Source: Elusimicrobiota bacterium (GTDB lineage Bacteria; Elusimicrobiota; Elusimicrobia; Elusimicrobiales; UBA9959). Taken from it: 49,201 nt of DNA. The stretch is taken from the NCBI GenBank assembly GCA_022013385.1, contig JAKLQJ010000202.1:1-49201 (forward strand), read 5' to 3'. Below the pieces are notes generated by a model, which saw only the letters and a program-made list of their open reading frames with translations, searched no databases and had not been told where the DNA came from. Made by a program: the position numbers and the translations under genes. Positions 8,671 through 15,469 of the stretch are shown in pieces. Positions within the stretch are counted from its first letter, which is position 1. The number at the start of each line of letters is the position of its first letter.

Positions 8671-8700
8671 CTTTTCGTGTAATTTCGTGCCTTTCGTGGC
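8671..8700. repeat. solo right arm of the 'GCCACGAAA' element (copy D)
   Basis: cttttcgtgtaatttcgtgcctttcgtggc, between the GxxExxY start (8659) and the SNF2 stop (8707). Same orientation as the right arm of copy C. Confidence 0.65.
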
Positions 8701-8706
8701 TTATTC

Positions 8707-11700
8707 TTATTTTATCACCACAAAGGTAAGCAGTTCAAAATCCTCCAGCCCCTTTATATTGTTCATAAGAGCCGTTGTTCCGCCTGATGCAAATAGGCTG
8801 TCGACATCGCTTTCGTCCTTCATGCGGAGCGCTGATTCGATGGATTTATTTAAAAGATCGGAATACTTTTCCATATTCTTCCCATCGTCAGTCTCATCGT
8901 TAAATAATTCATAAACATCTTTTATCGCGTCACTATTTCCTTTGCAAAGCGCGCGGAGAATATCCAATGTGTTTTTTACATTCAAATGATTTGATACTAT
9001 TTTCCCCTCCGCGCTTATATACACCAGATAAAACAGATGAAGCTGATTGGTTTTATCAATATTAACTTCGCTGTTTATATTTTTTAAAACAAAAACCACG
9101 CCTTCTTCAATCCCGCGCTCTATGTCTTTTTTGCAAACAGCATGCATTCCATTGGCAACGCTTGCAAGGCTCCCGTTGGCTTTTATGTAGTTCACCAAAT
9201 CCATGCGGAAATCATTTAATCCTAAGTCGGTTATGGAAACCCCCGAACCCATCTCTTCAATATCCACTATCTCTTCCTGCAATTTTTCCAGTTGTTTTTT
9301 TCTGAATAGTAAATCCGAAGATTTATTGGTCAGGACATTATCTTCGCCGGTTGCCGTCGCGTCAACCATAAACATTTTGTTTTCAACCCGATTTTTCAGA
9401 TTTATATAATCATCAAGAGATAATTGAGGCCAGAAGTTAATCAGCTGGATATCTTTGTTAATCGACCCAATTCTATCTATACGCCCAAACCGTTGGATAA
9501 TACGCACGGGGTTCCAATGGATATCATAATTGATCAGCATGTCGCAATCCTGCAGATTTTGCCCTTCGGAAATACAATCCGTGGCAATTAGAACATCTAT
9601 CTCGGGAGCGGCTTTATCTTTGCGCTCTTTGGATCGGGGGGAAAAATTGGTCAGAATATTATTGAAGTTGTTATTTAATTTCAGGGTTGTCTGATTTTCA
9701 TTTGAGCCGGTTAGCTTAGCGGTTTCCAGATTAAGAGTTTTATTGTATCCGGCAAGGTTCTCGTATAAATAGTTCACCGTATCCGCAAAAGCGCTGAATA
9801 TCAGGATTTTTTTATTTCCCGGATTTATAGGGGCTTGGGGTTTGTTTTTAATAAAAGCCTTCAAATCTCTAAGCTTTGTATCGCGCGCGGGTGTTACTTT
9901 TTCCATCTCTCTAAATATTGCCTTAGCAATAAGAACATCGGCCTCCAAATCCTGTTTCCATCCGGAAGTGTTCATATCCTCTAGATTGACTTTTACTTTT
10001 CCGCCGACATTAAATTCATCATTCAGCCAATCATCGCTGTCAGCATCCAGATTGATATCATTAAACTGGGTAGCCTCGACTGAAGTTTGAACGCCGGTCT
10101 TTTCAAACGCTTCGATTTTGTCGATAATCCGCTCAATCTCTTTTATAAATTTACCAAGAGTGATCCTGAATGAATCAACTGAACTCTCTAATCTCTTGAG
10201 AAAATTTACCCTCATTAATGTAGTAAGACCTTTTTCTCTATTTGATAATCTTGAGACAAGATTACCAGCAACATTAGTATCATATAAACCACTATAAAAT
10301 TCCCGTTTACTTTCAAGGATATACTCAGTGGGTGAGTATATAGCTAATGTTAATTTCGAGAGTTCCTTATAAAGTTCTGATATTTCAATAAACCCTTCAA
10401 GGTCCGTTATATCCGCGTGATGGGTAATCGGCTTTAACCTGTTGGGGAATTTGCCAATCTTATTTATATCATAATACTTCTCGATATGTTTTCTGCTTCG
10501 GGCTATTGTGACACTATCAAGTAATTTGAAGAAATCAAAATTCGCATTGAGCCGCTTCAAGAGATCTTGGCTGGTTCTTTCTTTTACCGGCAGTTTAGAC
10601 CATGTGTTAAATATCCTCTGAGCATTGGTCAAAATAGTTTCGATTGATTTATCCGCATCCATTTTCCCATCAGCTATACCTGTTTCACCTTCACAAGCCA
10701 AAGCGATCTGATTTTTTAGATCAGTAAACCTGTTATTGACCGGCGTTGCTGAGAGCATAAGGACTTTAGTTTTAACCCCTGCCTTCATCACATCATTCAA
10801 AAGTCTTTGATATCGGGTTAGCCTATCTTTTCGCGGGTCATTATTTCTAAAATTATGCGATTCATCAATTACGACTAAATCGTAATTACCCCAATTTATT
10901 CTTGATAAGTCTATTCCGTTTGATTCACCACGATCACGAGATAAATCTGTATGATATAAAACATGATAATTCAGGCGGTCTTTGATTAAAGGATTGTCAT
11001 CATAATTATTCAAAAATGTTTGCCAGTTATCCCCCAGTCTTTTGGGACAAAGGACAAGTACGGTGCGGTTTCTCTCCTGATAATATTTAATAACGCCTAA
11101 TGCTGAAAAAGTCTTACCAAGTCCGACGCTATCGGCAAGAATACATCCATTGTGCCGCTCTAGTTTATTAATAATTCCTAAGGCGGCGTCTTTTTGGAAA
11201 TCGTAGAGTTTATTCCAAATCACAGATTTCTTAAATCCGGTTTTTTCATTAGCAAGTTCATCTTCGGAAATGTCTTCTAAAAACTCATCAAAAATATTGT
11301 AAAGCGCCAGATAGTAGATAAATTCAGGGGAGTTTTCCTTATAAAGGTCAGCAATGTATCCGAGAACTTCGTCGGTTACATTTTTCAATACCTTCTCATT
11401 GTTCCAAACTTCTTCAAAACTTTGGATGTATTGCTTAGTCGCTTCATAATCATCTGTTTTGATGATCTGGTGCAGAATAGAATTATCTTTTTTATAGCCA
11501 AAACCAGCGCTGCTAAATTCGTTTATCCCCATGTACACATATTTATTATCACCATTTTCAAGCGTTATATGTGGCTGGATATATTTGTTCCCTATGTTGG
11601 CCTTGAATACTGCTTTTTGTTCTATCCATTTTTTACACTCCATGGCAATAGCTTTTCCCTTGAGTTCATTTTTCAACTTTATTTCAAACTCAGACCCGCT

Positions 11701-11958
11701 AATGGCTTTTTGCCGAAAATCAGCCTTAATTTGAAATTGTTTTTTCTCTCGTCTATTTTTATCAACCTCAATGAAGGTAGGATCTGTAAATATGAAGCTT
11801 AACTTATCGATCTTTTTTAATTCGGTGTTGAGACATTCGAAACCATATATAGAAAAAATACCAGCCGCAACTTGCAGTCGGCTGTCTTTACCGATATTCT
11901 TTTTAAAATCATCACCGACTTTCTCGGTTTTATTATTAAAGCTTTGAATCATAGCCAT
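8707..11958 (-). CDS. SNF2/Rad54-family helicase-related protein with a long N-terminal extension
   Basis: Motif I 'LADSVGLGKT', motif II 'VVIDESHNFRN', motif III 'LMLSATPVNN', C-terminal helicase lobe 'ISEGQNLQDCD...NYDIHWNPVRIIQRFGRIDRIGS'. 1083 aa. Confidence 0.9.
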   Translation of the reverse strand: MAMIQSFNNKTEKVGDDFKKNIGKDSRLQVAAGIFSIYGFECLNTELKKIDKLSFIFTDPTFIEVDKNRREKKQFQIKADFRQKAISGSEFEIKLKNELKGKAIAMECKKWIEQKAVFKANIGNKYIQPHITLENGDNKYVYMGINEFSSAGFGYKKDNSILHQIIKTDDYEATKQYIQSFEEVWNNEKVLKNVTDEVLGYIADLYKENSPEFIYYLALYNIFDEFLEDISEDELANEKTGFKKSVIWNKLYDFQKDAALGIINKLERHNGCILADSVGLGKTFSALGVIKYYQERNRTVLVLCPKRLGDNWQTFLNNYDDNPLIKDRLNYHVLYHTDLSRDRGESNGIDLSRINWGNYDLVVIDESHNFRNNDPRKDRLTRYQRLLNDVMKAGVKTKVLMLSATPVNNRFTDLKNQIALACEGETGIADGKMDADKSIETILTNAQRIFNTWSKLPVKERTSQDLLKRLNANFDFFKLLDSVTIARSRKHIEKYYDINKIGKFPNRLKPITHHADITDLEGFIEISELYKELSKLTLAIYSPTEYILESKREFYSGLYDTNVAGNLVSRLSNREKGLTTLMRVNFLKRLESSVDSFRITLGKFIKEIERIIDKIEAFEKTGVQTSVEATQFNDINLDADSDDWLNDEFNVGGKVKVNLEDMNTSGWKQDLEADVLIAKAIFREMEKVTPARDTKLRDLKAFIKNKPQAPINPGNKKILIFSAFADTVNYLYENLAGYNKTLNLETAKLTGSNENQTTLKLNNNFNNILTNFSPRSKERKDKAAPEIDVLIATDCISEGQNLQDCDMLINYDIHWNPVRIIQRFGRIDRIGSINKDIQLINFWPQLSLDDYINLKNRVENKMFMVDATATGEDNVLTNKSSDLLFRKKQLEKLQEEIVDIEEMGSGVSITDLGLNDFRMDLVNYIKANGSLASVANGMHAVCKKDIERGIEEGVVFVLKNINSEVNIDKTNQLHLFYLVYISAEGKIVSNHLNVKNTLDILRALCKGNSDAIKDVYELFNDETDDGKNMEKYSDLLNKSIESALRMKDESDVDSLFASGGTTALMNNIKGLEDFELLTFVVIK

Positions 11959-12071
11959 ATATTACAAAATATATAATAGGGCTTTCCTTCATGTCGGACT
12001 GAGGGTAATTCCGATGTATCGTAATTCGGGTGGGATTCTCCCCCCAATAGCATTAAGGTCAAATAAAAGGA

Positions 12072-12370
12072 ATTGGCAAAGATTTTGTGGCGAACGACTT
12101 TGGGTTTTTGACCGAGGATTTGGTCGTTCGCAGAGCTTCCGACACCTTATGTGGCATAGCCACCTTGTTTGCAGTGAATTCTACTATGAACAGCGAGGAT
12201 GTTTGAAGGCAAAAGCTATGCCTTTTGACTGAGTGGACTGGGCTCTCGGAAGGACAGCTGTGGACACAAGTTCTCGAGTTTCTATCCCGCAGTGTTCCGG
12301 AAACTGACGAAAAATCCGAAGGTCACATAATTAAAAAACCTGCGAGGAGTGAGTGCAAAACTTTGCCAAT
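12072..12370. ncRNA. candidate structured RNA domain (unknown family), closed by long-range pairing
   Basis: 12072-12086 (attggcaaagatttt) is complementary to 12356-12370 (aaaactttgccaat) with a 1-nt bulge. Internal perfect hairpins: gcgaacgac 12090-98 / gtcgttcgc 12123-31; gtggc-ata-gccac 12151-63; aaggca-aaagcta-tgcctt 12206-24. Visibly GC-richer than its surroundings. Overlapping ORFs look non-coding. Strand unknown. Confidence 0.25.
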
Positions 12371-12403
12371 GACTAAACATGACTGCATAAATATAACCGA
12401 TTC

Positions 12404-12444
12404 AACCCCGCGGGATTCCTTGACAGCAGGCAACCCACGGGGTT
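12404..12444. repeat. CCCCGCGGG...CCCACGGGG hairpin repeat, copy 1
   Basis: aaccccgcggg (12404-14) pairs with cccacggggtt (12434-44), one mismatch, 19-nt loop. Confidence 0.7.
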
Positions 12445-12483
12445 TTATCAATCTCGAGTGTGTTTGTAATTATTTTCATTCCA

Positions 12484-12531
12484 ATCCCCGCGGGTTCTTG
12501 GTTAAACACATTGAACCTAATCCGCGGGGAT
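12484..12531. repeat. CCCCGCGG...CCGCGGGG hairpin repeat, copy 2
   Basis: atccccgcgg (12484-93) pairs perfectly with ccgcggggat (12522-31). The 28-nt loop contains its own ggtt/aacc stem. Confidence 0.7.
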
Positions 12532-12540
12532 GCTAAACAT

Positions 12541-12586
12541 TTGCGTCAAAGCAAAATTTTACATGTAAATATTTGCTTTGACGCAA
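12541..12586. repeat. 46-bp near-perfect palindrome
   Basis: ttgcgtcaaagcaaa (12541-55) and tttgctttgacgcaa (12572-86) are exact reverse complements. The centre tttacatgtaaa is itself palindromic. An A-run follows. Confidence 0.8.
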
Positions 12587-12633
12587 AAAATATCATACTT
12601 TCGTAATTAGTTAGCGGCAAGGTAATTAGGCAA

Positions 12634-12650
12634 TCCCGCCTATGGCGGGA
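12634..12650. repeat. TCCCGCC-WWW-GGCGGGA hairpin (REP-like family)
   Basis: tcccgcctatggcggga. Confidence 0.75.
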
Positions 12651-12780
12651 CAACAAGAAATAAGGAATAGTTTCCTCATACAAATCGGCATTAACCCTTA
12701 CAGAAACTTCATTACATTTCCCGCGAATAGGTCATTCTCAACGGTTTAAGCTGTCATTTTCACATTAAAGTTTAAATTAG

Positions 12781-12797
12781 TCCCGCCATAGGCGGGA
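12781..12797. repeat. TCCCGCC-WWW-GGCGGGA hairpin (REP-like family)
   Basis: tcccgccataggcggga. Confidence 0.75.
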
Positions 12798-12860
12798 AGC
12801 TACACTTTGAAATTTCTCTAATAGCGTCTATATTTTGTACTACGGGATGGAAGTATACTT

Positions 12861-12892
12861 CTAATCGCCAGCTAATCGCCATAATCGCCAAC
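12861..12892. repeat. short tandem repeat (TAATCGCCA x3)
   Basis: ctaatcgccagctaatcgccataatcgccaac. Confidence 0.6.
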
Positions 12893-13060
12893 TTTTCACC
12901 AACTAATTGCCAGCTAAGAGATAACAATTACTAAGTCTCTTACATTTTGTTATTGGCTTATTTTTGACTCATAAAGAATATAAAATAAAGATCTCTTTCC
13001 TACGCCCTTTAAAGTAAAAACTTTTTTTTTATGTCAACTCCGTTAAATCGCGAGACGCTG

Positions 13061-13273
13061 TTATTTGACCACTTCCCAGTGTCCCCCTTTATCAGGACCT
13101 ACCCTTTTAAGAAGCTTCTTTTTCCTGAGCGCGTCAATGTGTTTTCGAATCGCGGATACATTGATGTCCAGTTTATTCGCAAGCTCATTGCGCGATATTG
13201 AAGGATTTGCTCGAATAATATTTAAAACAGTTAATTGCTTAGAGGTGATTTTCTGGCCACCTTTTCTGGCCAC
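13061..13273 (-). CDS. small winged-helix/HTH DNA-binding protein (70 aa from GTG; 77 aa if the 13-bp duplication is collapsed)
   Basis: 'LTVLNIIRANPSISRNELANKLDINVSAIRKHIDALRKKKLLKRVG' is a typical wHTH recognition module. The ORF starts at GTG (cac 13271-73). The upstream ATG at 13305-07 is out of frame because of the tandem duplication. Confidence 0.6.
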   Translation of the reverse strand: MARKGGQKITSKQLTVLNIIRANPSISRNELANKLDINVSAIRKHIDALRKKKLLKRVGPDKGGHWEVVK

Positions 13274-13274
13274 C
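13249..13274. repeat. perfect 13-bp tandem duplication (ttttctggccacc x2) at the 5' end of the wHTH gene
   Basis: 13249-13261 equals 13262-13274. 13 is not a multiple of 3. Confidence 0.9.
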
Positions 13275-13766
13275 TTTTCCTGTGGTTTCCTGCTTTAATG
13301 CGCTCATCGTTCGATAAAATGTTACTATAAATCCGCTTTTGATTTTATTGAATTCCACTTTCACATTATATAACATTGAGATTAGAGTCCGAGAGTCTTG
13401 ATGCTAAGCGTCTGAGAGTCCAAACAAATAGAGAATCTCATTATGTAGGGTGGGTAATACAGCGTATCAATGATTAGGGAGCGGACATATTTCTTCCACT
13501 TAATATAAAAGTCAAATCAAAAGCATGGTAGTTGTGTTTGCTCAACAGGGATGTTCGGAACCCGACTTGGGCTTATTCGGAGGGTGAGAGACATAAGGGC
13601 GACCTCTAGGAGACCCTGGTCCTGTGAGTAAATACAACTGGTATGCCATGCAAGACAATTCAAATATTTAGTATATAAGAAAGGTTACTTTCATTTTGGC
13701 GCCACACTCCCACAAGATAAAAGTCAAATAAAAAGCGGGTGAAAAAATTTAATGAGAGGAATTTCG

Positions 13767-13808
13767 CCATGGGCATGTCATGGGTTTATCCCATGGTTTA
13801 TCCCGTGG
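13767..13808 (+). repeat. 42-bp repeat, copy 1 (ccatgggcatgtcatgggtttatcccatggtttatcccgtgg)
   Basis: Differs by 1 nt from 17458-17499. Contains internal tandem ggtttatccc(a/g)tgg units. Confidence 0.85.
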
Positions 13809-13900
13809 CGAAAGGCCTCTAATCACAGTGACCCGCTGAATAGTTACAATGACAAATCATTAATTGTAGTTCTTTACTCCATATATGGGATAATAGGTAT

Positions 13901-15256
13901 ATGACCGACGATACAACAAGACCCGCATCAGCCGATAGTTTTTATGGCCTAGGCATCGCGCCTAAACTCATGGAAACTTTAGATAAACTCAAATGTAAAA
14001 TTCCCACGCCCATACAGAAGAAAGCCATACCAATTGCCTCCCAAGGCAAAGACATAGTGGGCATAGCCCAGACCGGCACCGGTAAAACCATAGCTTTCGC
14101 CATACCAATGGTTCAGAGATTGGCGGCCGCCCAAAGAGAAAAAGGTTTAGTGCTCGTTCCCACGCGGGAATTGGCATTGCAGGTAGCCGAAGTTATAAAG
14201 GAGTTCTCGTCGGTGATGGGTATTCGAACCGCTGTGATAATAGGCGGCGAGAGTATTAAACATCAGCTTCGGGAATTGCGCAAAAAACCCCGCATACTAA
14301 TAGCCACGCCGGGCCGTCTTATAGACCATTTAAACCATCACACCGTGAATCTTTCAGATGTCCGCGTACTTGTGCTGGATGAGGCCGATCGTATGTTTGA
14401 TATGGGTTTTGCCCCCCAGATAAAAAAAATAATTGAATACATCACGACAAAGCGGCAGACCATGCTTTTTTCCGCCACCATGCCAGGCCAAATAATGAAA
14501 CTAGCCGCAGAGCATATGAAAATTCCCACCCGCATTGAAGTAGCCCGCTCGGGCACTGTGGCAGATGATGTGAAGCAAGAACTTTTTATAGTAAGCCGCG
14601 GCGATAAGCCCGCCCTGCTTGCCAAACTATTGGACAAATATTGGGGTACCGTGCTCTTGTTCGTGCGCACCAAGCGCAGCGCAACCAGAATTGCGGCCGC
14701 CATACGCGCACTGCCGCATAATGCAACCGAAATACATTCAAATCGTTCTCTCGCTCAGCGCCGCAGAGCTCTTGATGGTTTTAAATCAGGGCAATTCCGC
14801 GTGCTAGTGGCCACCGATGTGGCGGCGCGAGGCATAGATGTGACAGACATAGAACTGGTAATAAATTATGATCTTCCCGATGAGGAAGGTAATTATGTGC
14901 ACCGCATAGGCCGCACCGGCCGCGCCGGGAAGCCCGGCCATGCCATAACATTTGCCGCGCCGGAACAAGGCAGAGAGGTAAGGACTATTGAAGGTATGAT
15001 GCGCATGGACTTGCCAATTTCTATGCACCCGGACATCGCATCGTGTAGAGAGGGCTTTGGTTCAAATTATAAAGGCAAGGGAAAAGGCAAAAAACAGAAG
15101 CATGGAGAAAAGCGCGGTACGGGAGAAAAACACAGTCACGGAGAAAAGCGCAGTCCCTCAGCGCATCAGAAACCGCGACATAGGTCAAATAATAATCCTT
15201 ATGCCAAACAGCGCGCTAGAGCGCGCGCCCGCCGCAATGCGGGAATCGGCCGCTAA
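13901..15256 (+). CDS. rhlE: DEAD-box ATP-dependent RNA helicase (RhlE-like) with a basic C-terminal tail
   Basis: Q-motif region 'PTPIQKKAIP', motif I 'AQTGTGKT', motif II 'VLDEADRM', 'SAT', motif VI 'YVHRIGRTGRAG'. Lys/Arg/His-rich tail. Confidence 0.92.
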   Translation: MTDDTTRPASADSFYGLGIAPKLMETLDKLKCKIPTPIQKKAIPIASQGKDIVGIAQTGTGKTIAFAIPMVQRLAAAQREKGLVLVPTRELALQVAEVIKEFSSVMGIRTAVIIGGESIKHQLRELRKKPRILIATPGRLIDHLNHHTVNLSDVRVLVLDEADRMFDMGFAPQIKKIIEYITTKRQTMLFSATMPGQIMKLAAEHMKIPTRIEVARSGTVADDVKQELFIVSRGDKPALLAKLLDKYWGTVLLFVRTKRSATRIAAAIRALPHNATEIHSNRSLAQRRRALDGFKSGQFRVLVATDVAARGIDVTDIELVINYDLPDEEGNYVHRIGRTGRAGKPGHAITFAAPEQGREVRTIEGMMRMDLPISMHPDIASCREGFGSNYKGKGKGKKQKHGEKRGTGEKHSHGEKRSPSAHQKPRHRSNNNPYAKQRARARARRNAGIGR

Positions 15257-15290
15257 AAAATAAATAACAAAAAACGGAAATAAGTAAATA

Positions 15291-15451
15291 TAGAGGTATG
15301 GATGTGTAGAAGAATAGAGGCATGGATGTATAGAGACGTGGAGGCGTGGAAGAATAGAGGCGTGGAAGAATAGAGGTGTGGAAGCGTGGATGTATGGAAA
15401 CATAGAAGATTAGCTTGGCAGTAACAATATTAAAAATCCGAGAGTCCAAAC
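15291..15451 (+). repeat. about 160-bp composite repeat, left copy (C-poor tandem ~8/16-bp units, then ..GGCAGTAACAATATTAAAAATC.GAGAGTCCAAAC)
   Basis: Units of the type tagaggcgtggaagaa. Direct-repeat partner at 17201-17357. Confidence 0.8.
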
Positions 15452-15469
15452 TCAACTCTGAACTCTAAA

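Noticed and set aside
12074-12088. Sigma54-like TGGCAA-N5-TTGT on the plus strand at the 5' side of the structured segment
   Set aside because: The invariant -12 GC dinucleotide is missing (TTGT). Recorded only as a weak possibility within the ncRNA finding.
12060-12400. Known housekeeping RNAs (SRP RNA, RNase P RNA, tmRNA, 6S) or common riboswitches / hammerhead ribozyme
   Set aside because: 'CGGAAGGACAGC' only loosely resembles the SRP helix-8 motif and lacks the conserved AGGUCCGGAAGGAAGCAGCC context. There is no GGAAAGUCCGGGC / ACAGAACCCGGCUUA-type RNase P block and no tRNA-like 3' end. 'CUGACGA...CGAA' lacks a stem II hairpin. This is motif inspection only and needs Infernal confirmation.
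12404-12531. Possible CRISPR array because of repeated GC-rich palindromic units
   Set aside because: Only two adjacent units with different arm and loop lengths and irregular spacing. The 'repeats' are inverted arms of hairpins rather than direct repeats separated by spacers. No cas genes in the window.
12014-12536. Two plus-strand ORFs (72 and 103 aa) in the non-coding island
   Set aside because: No start context or recognisable motifs. The threefold 'NPRGF' in the second translation is just the CCCCGCGGG/CCCACGGGG hairpin arms read in frame. The region is better explained as structured non-coding DNA/RNA.
13505-13736. Two 20-bp near-identical direct repeats (ATAAAAGTCAAAT(C/A)AAAAGC at 13505-24 and 13717-36) upstream of the DEAD-box helicase gene, as a possible regulatory pair or riboswitch-like leader
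   Set aside because: AT-rich 20-mers with 19/20 identity could arise from the same spacer-repeat process. I could not find a supporting secondary structure or known leader motif, so this is kept only as a note.
15185-15455. 72-aa and 79-aa minus-strand ORFs with repetitive His/Pro/Leu/Tyr/Ser peptides (…HPRLH.SI.P.LYSST.P…)
   Set aside because: They are translations of the tandem TAGAGGCGTGGAAGAA-type repeat. Periodicity comes from the DNA repeat, there is no ribosome-binding site, and they overlap each other in two frames.
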